DNA from: a virus
Taxonomy: Duplodnaviria; Caudoviricetes
Virus record (IMG/VR): IMGVR_UViG_3300005805_000059
Span: 26,047 to 90,046 of that record
Direction: 5' to 3' (one strand)
Length of the DNA stretch: 64,000 nt
Shown: piece by piece, positions 40,801 through 48,758 of the stretch
Numbering within the stretch: position 1 is the first letter of the stretch
How the letters are laid out: each line of letters begins with the position of its first letter
Made by a program: the position numbers and the translations under genes
Notes under the pieces: generated by a model
Seen by the model: the letters and a program-made list of their open reading frames with translations, nothing else
Databases searched by the model: none
Told to the model about the DNA's origin: nothing

Positions 40801-41611
40801 TTTTATTTGGACTAATGATAGTTAGATTAGAAGCACCAAATACTAAAGGAATACTGGTATTTTTTGCAGTAAAATATTTATTGTTTACTAAGTAATATCC
40901 GTTATCAGACGATAAACCATATGCATTTGCTACTGTTCCAGTTAATCCAGATGGCAAAGCAATTGTTGAGGGAATAGAGGTTGGGACGACACCTAAAGAT
41001 GTTGAGTTAAACTCAGAACTCCACTGACCAAGAGTAAGTCCATTAACATAAAAATTGTAGTCTCCAGCATTACCTGCCGTATTAACCTTTAACTTAATAA
41101 AAAATCTAAAAGGAATATTCTCATTAACAATGTCAAATGTTTCACCAATTAAAACCCACTCTGGAATATTTAAGAAGTTAATCTTTTTTTCTACAACTGT
41201 TGCAGATGTGTTTCCTGGAAGAGTATACTCTATTCCTATATACATATCTTCAAAGTATGCATCAATTATTTTTGAATACACATATGACGATATTGTTACA
41301 GTTCCAATACTTTGATTAAGAGTTGACATATTTGGCATCTCTGGACTTTTAATAACTATGTCATAAGTTTCAGGACTAGAGTCTGCATCACCAATAATTT
41401 TGCTTACATAACTTGTATCAAATGGCTCTTCTTTATCAACATCTGTACCTGCTGATGCTGTGCAATTTTCTAGTATCCATCCAGGTGCTGTCCATATCTG
41501 ACGCTGTGATTCTGTGATCAGACTAACATAATCAGCCTGATCATCCAGAACCCACAAATCTATTGGATGCTCCGCAAAGATTTTTTCAGCGTAGATATTA
41601 GAGACAGTCAT
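37886..41611 (-). CDS. Large virion protein with concanavalin A/LamG-like domain
   Basis: YTVEFWMRVN..SMLINGEEV beta-sandwich signature; 1241 aa. Confidence 0.6.
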   Translation of the reverse strand: MTVSNIYAEKIFAEHPIDLWVLDDQADYVSLITESQRQIWTAPGWILENCTASAGTDVDKEEPFDTSYVSKIIGDADSSPETYDIVIKSPEMPNMSTLNQSIGTVTISSYVYSKIIDAYFEDMYIGIEYTLPGNTSATVVEKKINFLNIPEWVLIGETFDIVNENIPFRFFIKLKVNTAGNAGDYNFYVNGLTLGQWSSEFNSTSLGVVPTSIPSTIALPSGLTGTVANAYGLSSDNGYYLVNNKYFTAKNTSIPLVFGASNLTIISPNKSGSTTLPSLIVPGKGFLNEAGRNQEYTVEFWMRVNCDASIPKKIFGPISGNDGLYAEDGFLTLVVGGQSQSYFVNEWYRPMLVDIRLIRNSVSMLINGEEVINFSINTDTMVLPDILNQDTSSALYGKNQDWLGFYSYDDIFPFEISCISVYSYQVPIAVIKRRFVYGQGVGSPENINSTFGGTTAFIDYAFANYAVNYNYPDFARWDQGTFDNLVTSNKFLSIPEYELPEIVIPGKTLNQLYADNSATGVQNETYKFITFRPNSSWDNKHTYFNFPKFNILNDEVHTFYGVFKPSTTFLDNQVLIKFNNKITGNYLSIEVDKHDINNDGVEENVIAYYLVYNGQVQNDFIMYEYTPGNRIAVGINIQKFAEYYGGNVAAFFGNQNGIEVYVGGDPINSAKSFTGKIYDIDFCSERNAADISDHFNENGIAKVADANQLIDHLASYSLLVGQNYGEYNLDIGVSAYWEDYLPLSYFAKFVKDYAGDTYYDLDFLQFNIGYPAISSLTETEINSGWTYAQLSAAYSSPVTKSYLQLSNIALTGYDDYQELAFNTQSQFDYNTENASVKSYLTFQNIIDGANLTNDNFTTTQNADQSKLINLSAYTNWRTTRFEVVDNTIIYPRKDFDFNDLAVVLNLEFKVRSTIGKTVTIDRVQFASQVFSQNASTPVGTRFGVNLFPYTKSGIYFDYKSQNPFSIYKGSTPYLYLTRTSGIEMRGDVTQKERGLSIPINQQLAPDYDVNALQVWMRYDGTNFPTETIKLFSIEYKNEDIVFYLEPSDTLRRRGRIYALRSNSSEQFLDLAYYINGRPVAVPTITAKEWTALGVFFLTPLDLENFAGKVNLLGPFVFNNISFYRTNSLANVQNIVTRSWASVETTANPNYPTPAEENGGTDDEGWRYWKANPARGVNWGSWFNVLALDTYQTTDFDPGTIYKAYIGTNKIVFDDDEGINLNSEKINTYSDIKWLRRTESAV

Positions 41612-41635
41612 ATGTCCTATTATATCAGGTTACGA

Positions 41636-43666
41636 CTACCTTTGTGGCATTATACAAGCATCTGTTGTACAGTATGCTTCGCCTTCTGCCTCAAGGTTTT
41701 CTACACCCTCGTAAATTGCTGAGAAATCAATCTTAGCAATCTTACCGATATAAGCGTCATATTCTTCTTGAGTAATTTGTGTATATGGTTGTTGTGGATA
41801 TACTGTATTACCCATTGGAAGGAATGATACAGCCTTCAACTCTCCCTCGTACAAATGTAGAGCGGGAGCAATATGCTGAGTCTCAGTTTCCTTATCAAAT
41901 GACAGGGTAACAGATACACCATTGTCAGACCAATACTTTTGAGCAGTTGCTGCTAGACCAATCTTTTCAAATAGAGATACATCCTTTTCAGAACGCTTGT
42001 TCTCTGATTCTACTGGGAAGTAAACTACCTGAGTATTTGATGATACCAAGTCTGGCTCAATCTTATACCCTGCTGCTTTGAAAAGGTGCAACATTGGATC
42101 TGCATCACCAAAACGAATTGCACGAAGGAAGTACTTTCCACCTACTGACCAATGCACTCCTGGAGATGCTCCAGAAAGCAATGAAACGGAGCCTGACGGC
42201 TTTACAGTAGTTACCCTAATAGATTCACGCACACAAAGCCATTCTGAGTATGCGTGGTCATATTTACGGATTGTCTTGTATCCTTCATCCATCCAGTCAC
42301 GAACAACTGGCAAACCGTGATTATCAGCAAATGATGCAATACCTGTAAGTGATGTACCAATACGGCGATTGCGTTGCATAATACCATTTGTCTGTTGCCA
42401 ATGTGTTGGAAGAAGAGTTACAGTCTTGCCATACAAATAAGCAAACTTAAGTGTACGCAAGAAGTCTTCTTTTGACTCGTGACGATTAAGATGCACTTCG
42501 ACAAGAGTACATAGTTCGTATGACTCTAGTGGTTGTTCAGCACAAGGATTGAATCCCATTACCCGATAATCTTTGCCATCTGCAGGGTCTGCAAGACGAC
42601 CATAGTTACGAGCAACATCTAGCCAAATAAATCCTGGCTCTCCATTGTTTACAATAAGATCAACATACTCTTCGTAGTTTGTTCCTACCTTAGCAGCAAT
42701 AGAGTTATTGCTCATCCAAGCCCATCCTGGTTTTTCTGGGTCGTATGAGTTACGCTCTGGGAATACATCTGGATTCTTGAGATTAGCAAACACTTCATCA
42801 TCTGCCTGACCTAACGCAAGGGTAGCAGAACGGCGAACATTACCTGCAACCACACAAGTACCAATAAGGTTTACAAGGTCTACAATGGCTCGTGAGTCAA
42901 GTGTTTCACCTGTTCGACTACCTACAGCAGTACGAATTCGTTCGTGTAGTGTAATCAGTGGTTCTGGACCTGAAGCAACACCACCAAACCCTTTAATTGG
43001 AGCACCAAATGGACGAATGACTGAATAGTCAAATAGTTGCTTTGCTTGATTTGGTCTAAGATATGAATTGATTAAAAGTCGTACAGACTCTACCCAACCT
43101 TCACGAGTATCTGGAATCTGATAAGTAATTTCTTCTTCTGTATTTGCATAAATAGGAAGTTCCTTCTCGTGACCCAATGTATCAAAGCCTACACCAATAC
43201 CGAGCATTAGTGCATCCATTACCCAAGCAAATAGTTGTCCTGGATCATTACGATCAATATCTCTTGTGGATACCATTGCACAATTCTGGAGGGAAGCAGA
43301 GTTCCTTCGTTCCATTGTCATAGGTGTACCAAATGCCCATAGACCACGACCTGGTGGTGTCCACTTCAAATTAAACATTCGATCAAATGCTTCTTGTGCA
43401 GACTTCTGAGCCTTATTATCATTCCACGGAAGTCTATTTTCTTTAGCGTGATTCTTTTGGACTGAATACATACCTTCGATTACTCTTCGACATACTTCGT
43501 GCCATCTTTCCTTTGTACCGTCCTCCTTTACACGAGAGTAGGTACGGATAAAGGTAATTTCTCCAAGAGAGTTAGCACCTGCATCCTTAAAGCCAAAAGG
43601 TGGCTCAACCTGTGTATATTTATTTACGAATTCATCTGAGAGACGAAACGAAAATACATCTGACAT
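41636..43666 (-). CDS. nrdJ: Class II (adenosylcobalamin-dependent) ribonucleotide reductase
   Basis: RTYSR, PPGRGLW, NCA, FNPCAEQPLESYELCTL, TTVKPSGSVS, C-terminal YCTTDAC; start 43666 after AAAGGA. Confidence 0.92.
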   Translation of the reverse strand: MSDVFSFRLSDEFVNKYTQVEPPFGFKDAGANSLGEITFIRTYSRVKEDGTKERWHEVCRRVIEGMYSVQKNHAKENRLPWNDNKAQKSAQEAFDRMFNLKWTPPGRGLWAFGTPMTMERRNSASLQNCAMVSTRDIDRNDPGQLFAWVMDALMLGIGVGFDTLGHEKELPIYANTEEEITYQIPDTREGWVESVRLLINSYLRPNQAKQLFDYSVIRPFGAPIKGFGGVASGPEPLITLHERIRTAVGSRTGETLDSRAIVDLVNLIGTCVVAGNVRRSATLALGQADDEVFANLKNPDVFPERNSYDPEKPGWAWMSNNSIAAKVGTNYEEYVDLIVNNGEPGFIWLDVARNYGRLADPADGKDYRVMGFNPCAEQPLESYELCTLVEVHLNRHESKEDFLRTLKFAYLYGKTVTLLPTHWQQTNGIMQRNRRIGTSLTGIASFADNHGLPVVRDWMDEGYKTIRKYDHAYSEWLCVRESIRVTTVKPSGSVSLLSGASPGVHWSVGGKYFLRAIRFGDADPMLHLFKAAGYKIEPDLVSSNTQVVYFPVESENKRSEKDVSLFEKIGLAATAQKYWSDNGVSVTLSFDKETETQHIAPALHLYEGELKAVSFLPMGNTVYPQQPYTQITQEEYDAYIGKIAKIDFSAIYEGVENLEAEGEAYCTTDACIMPQR

Positions 43667-43801
43667 ATGTATCAATCCTTTTCTATAAAAATTAGTAAGT
43701 GCTTCAGAATTTCTGAAGTACTCTAAGTATATCATACATTTTTTGTGCTTGCAACTCTAAAGTTTTACTTGAGTGCTTGACAATTTGCAAAGTACTTGCA
43801 A

Positions 43802-45025
43802 TTATGCAATAAGGTTACCAAATACGACCCAAGTATTAGTTGCAGTCTTAATTGCTGTTGCAAATGCAAATTGACCAGCAAATGTTCTCTTGTTTCCTTG
43901 AGCATTATTATTAGTTGCTGCAAAAGATAGGGCAGATGCTGTATTACTCATAAAATGAATTTGTGTTCCTACATCAAAAGGATGAGTAGCATTTGTTGGT
44001 AATGTAATCGATCCACCAGCAGTTACAAAGTTAATTCTATTCATACCAAAAGCCCAAGAAGAAGGTGGTGTTGATGGTGTTATATCTGTTGTAATAACTT
44101 TGCCAACTATCTCATCTGTGCCACCAGCCTCATGGCTTGTCTTATGTGAACTAAGCGTTGTATTGATAGTTGTAGTTCCACTGCCTGTAATAGCACCCGA
44201 CAAAGTAATTTCTTGGTTAACAGTCAAGTATGTGCTTGAATCAAGGCTATAGGTGTTATTAGAGTTTCTTCTAACAATACCAGAACTACCAGGAGTAATT
44301 CCTGTAGATCCTGAAAGATCTGTTAAGATTTGACTGCTTGCTTGATATGATGTTGTATCAAGTGTCCAAGTATCTGCTGCAGTCTTTTTCAAAAATCCTG
44401 ATGTTCCACCAAGCCCTGCAATTGCAGTAAGATCTGCATCTAACGGCTGAAAAGTATCTGATGTAACAGAAAATTCAGTTCCAACCAAAGTTAATCCAGC
44501 ACCTGCTGTATATGTTGTATTCGTATCTGTTGGTACTACCCAAGTACCATCTCCACGAAGGAACTGTGTGCTTTCACTTGTGGGTGCTGCACTTGTAAAA
44601 TTAGTTAGAACCCCACCTGTTGTTGTACCAATAATAAGACCTGAAATAGTACCAATCTTTCCATCATTTGTAATATTTCCGTGTATATGACTAGACAAAG
44701 AATAGGAGTTAGAATCAGTAGAGCCATCTCCTTTTAAGAACTGACTTGATGTACCACCCGAAAGTTCAAACTCACCTGCAACAATTTTGCCTGTTGTACT
44801 GATTGCTGCACCTGAGCCAGATTGGGTAACTGTGACTATTGGGTCAGCAGATGATGCAGAAAATATGTTAGTGGCAGCAAATGTATTAGAGTTATTTTTA
44901 AAGGCTACCCCATTAAGGGCAGCAGCAACATCCTCAGCCAAAGCCTGAATATCTCCGTGTACATTGACTGGATCCGAAGATAACGGATATTGTAGGTTAA
45001 ACGGTGATCCTGTTGTTGATGGCAT
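43802..45025 (-). CDS. Tail fibre-like protein with C-terminal adaptor-type domain
   Basis: Gly/Ser/Thr-rich; C-terminus GTQIHF..ATAIK..W..G shared with 47745..48722. Confidence 0.6.
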   Translation of the reverse strand: MPSTTGSPFNLQYPLSSDPVNVHGDIQALAEDVAAALNGVAFKNNSNTFAATNIFSASSADPIVTVTQSGSGAAISTTGKIVAGEFELSGGTSSQFLKGDGSTDSNSYSLSSHIHGNITNDGKIGTISGLIIGTTTGGVLTNFTSAAPTSESTQFLRGDGTWVVPTDTNTTYTAGAGLTLVGTEFSVTSDTFQPLDADLTAIAGLGGTSGFLKKTAADTWTLDTTSYQASSQILTDLSGSTGITPGSSGIVRRNSNNTYSLDSSTYLTVNQEITLSGAITGSGTTTINTTLSSHKTSHEAGGTDEIVGKVITTDITPSTPPSSWAFGMNRINFVTAGGSITLPTNATHPFDVGTQIHFMSNTASALSFAATNNNAQGNKRTFAGQFAFATAIKTATNTWVVFGNLIA

Positions 45026-45053
45026 AGTACCTCCTATTATACCAGACTTTAGC

Positions 45054-45755
45054 CTATGCTATTGCCAGTCTAAACGACTGACCTATGTTTGTTCCAGCGT
45101 CTGATGTTGTAGTTGAAAGCGTTCCTGGAAGCGTATCACCCTGGTTTAGCCTTCTATACAAAACAGTCAAAGACCTACTAATTGATGTGTTTTGTGAATG
45201 GTCTATTTCTGTCATACCCAAGGTTGTTGGTAATGGACTAAATGTATGTGGTGTGGTTCCAGATCCAACTGCGTGAATAAAAGCAAGGTATGGATTGCTT
45301 GTTGTTGATCCATTGGTTAAACTAATAGACACTGCATTTCCACTTAAAGTGTTAGTTTCTGTTGTTGGCGTAACAGAAGTAATTGCAAAATTAGGTCTAA
45401 ATGCAAGAAGCATAGACATTGAGTTCATATTTGCATCTGTAGTTAAACTTACACCAGTTTCTACACCAGAACCAACAACCCTGTATGCAGTTCTTGCTGA
45501 AATAAGCCCTGAAGTAGTATTTGACATAATTGATGTAAATGCTGCTGGAATTGTTGGTTGAGGTGCAGTTAAACTAGAATCATACATTCTAAAAAGTACT
45601 AGAAGATCTCCTTCCTGAGTGCCACTAGGATAGGTTAGAGTTTGTGTTTGTCCAACTGCTGTTGTATATATATCGCTTGAATTTATATATGTTAAAGTTT
45701 TTAATGGTTCTGGTTCTGCTGTGGTAGATCCACTACTTGCAATAATTCCAAACAT
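45054..45755 (-). CDS. Putative receptor-binding/fibre-associated protein
   Basis: MFGIIASS start; PSGTQEGDLLVL beta-sandwich pattern. Confidence 0.5.
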   Translation of the reverse strand: MFGIIASSGSTTAEPEPLKTLTYINSSDIYTTAVGQTQTLTYPSGTQEGDLLVLFRMYDSSLTAPQPTIPAAFTSIMSNTTSGLISARTAYRVVGSGVETGVSLTTDANMNSMSMLLAFRPNFAITSVTPTTETNTLSGNAVSISLTNGSTTSNPYLAFIHAVGSGTTPHTFSPLPTTLGMTEIDHSQNTSISRSLTVLYRRLNQGDTLPGTLSTTTSDAGTNIGQSFRLAIA

Positions 45756-45764
45756 AGTACTATT

Positions 45765-45989
45765 TTACCACTTTCCCAATGGACATTTTGCTGCTTTTAA
45801 TTTGGTCTTAGCAAACATAAAACAGCCACATTCAGTACACTGTGTAGTAGCCTTGATAAATTTAGGACATTGTTTACATATTTCTAGTCTTTCTGCTGCT
45901 ACCTCGTCTGTAGCGTGTTGAGTTCTAGGATTAAGCATATCTAATGGAGTTACCCCATTTTTCTTTTTATATTCCGACCATTTAGACAT
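45765..45989 (-). CDS. Small Cys-rich protein, copy 1
   Basis: RLEICKQC..CTECGCFM..K...KCPLGKW. Confidence 0.65.
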   Translation of the reverse strand: MSKWSEYKKKNGVTPLDMLNPRTQHATDEVAAERLEICKQCPKFIKATTQCTECGCFMFAKTKLKAAKCPLGKW

Positions 45990-46426
45990 TACAGCCCCTG
46001 TATATCTTCAATAGGTATAAACAATTCGTGTACCTCTCCAGTATCCTCTACAATGACAGGATTAGGTTCATAATTAACAAACTTTTCACCATCAAATGTA
46101 GCATATGGCGATACTACTGAGATACCGCCTTCATAATCCAATAGATTAAGAACTAATGGATTGCTTAATAAAATACTTCCAAAATACTCAGATGTTTGGA
46201 GTTCTTCAATAAGTACTCCCTCTCTATAAAATGCAACAGTAATTCCATTGTGATCTGGGTAGTCATTAGATACATCCAGCACCTCATCATGGTTCATAAA
46301 CATATCTGCATCAGTAGGGCTGAGTGGTAGGTCATATAGACATTCACCATCAATAACCCAAACTAAAGGTATTCCAGGATTTCCTTGAAATACAAATGGT
46401 AAATCATTATCAGTTATCATTAACAC
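45989..46426 (-). CDS. Hypothetical protein
   Basis: 145-aa ORF coupled to neighbours. Confidence 0.55.
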   Translation of the reverse strand: MLMITDNDLPFVFQGNPGIPLVWVIDGECLYDLPLSPTDADMFMNHDEVLDVSNDYPDHNGITVAFYREGVLIEELQTSEYFGSILLSNPLVLNLLDYEGGISVVSPYATFDGEKFVNYEPNPVIVEDTGEVHELFIPIEDIQGL

Positions 46427-47745
46427 GCTCCCGCTTCAAATGTTCCAGTAACTGTAGTACAGTTTGTTCCAGCACCGTAAAATCCACAGGTTGTAGTTGC
46501 TGTACAACATCCAACTGTAATTTGTGCAGAAGTACAAAGTTTTCTTGGGTCTGGTGTTACTGATGTAGAATAAGATGAGTAAGACCCAGTTCCAGTAGCA
46601 TTAATTGCAGCAACCCTAAATGTATATGTAGTATTTGTATTAAATGACCCTGTTACACCAATAGGAGATGTTGTATCACTACTGCTATATGTTAAAGCAA
46701 TTGATGGGTTAGACTGAATACTATATCCAGTAATAGTGCCAGTGTTTGGAATAATTGCAGTTGTATATCCAGAAAATGTTCCATTGTTTGTACTACTGTT
46801 TGCCCTAATTCTAAATTGATATCCAACACCACCACCAGATGGTGGACTAAAATAAACATCAACTGCATCTTGTCCTACTACAAGTGGAGTTTGAATTACT
46901 GGTGTTCCTGGAACAGAACCTAAAAATGAACCAGTTACACGAATTGGACTTGTTAAATCTGCTGCATTATCACGAGTTAACGAAATTGATGCTAATGTAT
47001 CTGCTCTTCTACCTTCAATTGTGTATGATGCTATACCGCTAGTATTTGGAGCCACATTTGGATTTCTTGTTGCTCCAGTTCCGTTTGCATTTATTCCTGC
47101 AGTATTAAAGGTATAATTTACTGCTGTTGGAGCACTTGGTGCAGTAAAGTTTATATCTACTGTGCTGTTATCTATTCGTGTAGCACTAACACTTGTTGGT
47201 GCTGCTGCTGTTGTTGTTTGAAAATTTCCAGTTACGGCTATAGGACTTGTTACATCACTTGTATCATATGAAACTGCAATTGATGATGTAATTGAATATC
47301 CAGTAATGGTTTTACCACCATTATCATGAGCACCTGTCCAAGAAATATTTACAGTACCATTATCTACTCTAGTTGCAGTTAGTACTGGTGGTAACGCTGG
47401 AACAGATGTAACAGTTACAGTTCCTGTAGTAGTTGAGTTAGCACTATTTCCTACCGCATTTGTTACAGTTCCATTAAATGTATAAGATCCACCATTTGTT
47501 GTATTAAGACCTGTAATTGTTCTTGGCGATGTACCACCGCTGTTAGTACCACTTGGACTTCCTGATACTGTAGAAGCATTATATGCTGTTATTGGAAGTC
47601 TACCAGTATATACTGGATCTGTAAATGATACAGTTACTGAACCATCATCATAAGTCCTGTTTAATCCAACATCTACTGCAGAAACTGTTGGGGCATTAGG
47701 AACAGTCTTTTTAGATATATCAACTACTCCTGGAATTACTCCCAT
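46420..47745 (-). CDS. Fibronectin type III adhesin with Cys-rich tip
   Basis: PNAPT..YTF..N.VG, YTFRVAAINATGTG; six Cys in last 40 aa; start 47745. Confidence 0.75.
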   Translation of the reverse strand: MGVIPGVVDISKKTVPNAPTVSAVDVGLNRTYDDGSVTVSFTDPVYTGRLPITAYNASTVSGSPSGTNSGGTSPRTITGLNTTNGGSYTFNGTVTNAVGNSANSTTTGTVTVTSVPALPPVLTATRVDNGTVNISWTGAHDNGGKTITGYSITSSIAVSYDTSDVTSPIAVTGNFQTTTAAAPTSVSATRIDNSTVDINFTAPSAPTAVNYTFNTAGINANGTGATRNPNVAPNTSGIASYTIEGRRADTLASISLTRDNAADLTSPIRVTGSFLGSVPGTPVIQTPLVVGQDAVDVYFSPPSGGGVGYQFRIRANSSTNNGTFSGYTTAIIPNTGTITGYSIQSNPSIALTYSSSDTTSPIGVTGSFNTNTTYTFRVAAINATGTGSYSSYSTSVTPDPRKLCTSAQITVGCCTATTTCGFYGAGTNCTTVTGTFEAGAC

Positions 47746-48722
47746 TAAACAACATCTCCTGTTACTATCCAAGTTTCGGTATCAAGTTTGATTGCCGTAG
47801 CCATTGAGTTTGTGGTTCTAAGTTTTGGTGCAGTTGTTGTAGCACCAGTAGAAATGATAGTTGTAGTTCCTGAAGTAAGAGCCTGAATTGTTACCTGACC
47901 ATTGCCAGTTTGAACAAAATGAATTTGTGTTCCAATTGTATAGGCAGTAGAGTTTGTAGGAATATTAACAGTATATGCACCAGCAGTATTAATTCTTATA
48001 ATTGTATTTGCATCTGCAGCAAGAAGAGTATATGGAGAGCCAGATGTCTTTGCAGCAATTGCATATCCAGGAAGTGTTGAGACTACACGACTATTTGTGC
48101 CATCGCCAATAAGTGAGTGATGATATGTTGTATCCCAAGACAGCCTTCCGTCATCAGTGCTGGATGTTGTGCTTAGTGTAAGAGATGGTGTATTGAGTAC
48201 TGGGCTTGTTAAAGTTTTGTTTGTAAATGTTTCATTACCGTCCAAAGTAGCAAGAGTTCCAGTAGTTGGAAGTGTAAGTGAAGTTGTTGCGGTAGCAGTT
48301 AATGTTATTGCAAAAGCACCAGAAGTAGTAAAGTTACCACCAAGAGTTATAGTTTGGTCTGAATCTACCCACTCAGTTCCACTATATCGCAAAAATGCAC
48401 CAGTGGGTGGAGTACTAATAGCAACATCTGTAAGACCATCAAGTGTAGTAGCACCACCTCCACCACCTGCTAGTAAATTGCTTCCAACAGTAGCACCTGC
48501 AGCAGTTAAATCAATATATGCACCTTTAAGACTAACAGAATCAAAAATTCTGAATTTATCTTGATATACATCTATAACTATTGGACCAGACAGTGTGCTG
48601 CCAGAAGATGGGAGTGCTAACTGAATTTCACCACCTTCATTGGCAGCAGAATTAAGAGATTTGAGAACTCCAGAGGCTTCGACATCATTCTTTGTCGTAA
48701 AAGGCTTATTAATCGTTGCCAC
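47745..48722 (-). CDS. Tail fibre-like protein with C-terminal adaptor-type domain
   Basis: TTLDGLTDV, NKTLTSP fibre motifs; GTQIHF..ATAIK C-terminus. Confidence 0.6.
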   Translation of the reverse strand: MATINKPFTTKNDVEASGVLKSLNSAANEGGEIQLALPSSGSTLSGPIVIDVYQDKFRIFDSVSLKGAYIDLTAAGATVGSNLLAGGGGGATTLDGLTDVAISTPPTGAFLRYSGTEWVDSDQTITLGGNFTTSGAFAITLTATATTSLTLPTTGTLATLDGNETFTNKTLTSPVLNTPSLTLSTTSSTDDGRLSWDTTYHHSLIGDGTNSRVVSTLPGYAIAAKTSGSPYTLLAADANTIIRINTAGAYTVNIPTNSTAYTIGTQIHFVQTGNGQVTIQALTSGTTTIISTGATTTAPKLRTTNSMATAIKLDTETWIVTGDVV

Positions 48723-48758
48723 TGAAGTTCCCTATCCCTTCGTGTTTTCTATTAAGGC

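Noticed and set aside
3945-43666. Inteins or introns in DnaE, DnaB, RecA or NrdJ
   Set aside because: Lengths are normal, frames are continuous, and no splice or homing-endonuclease motifs are seen
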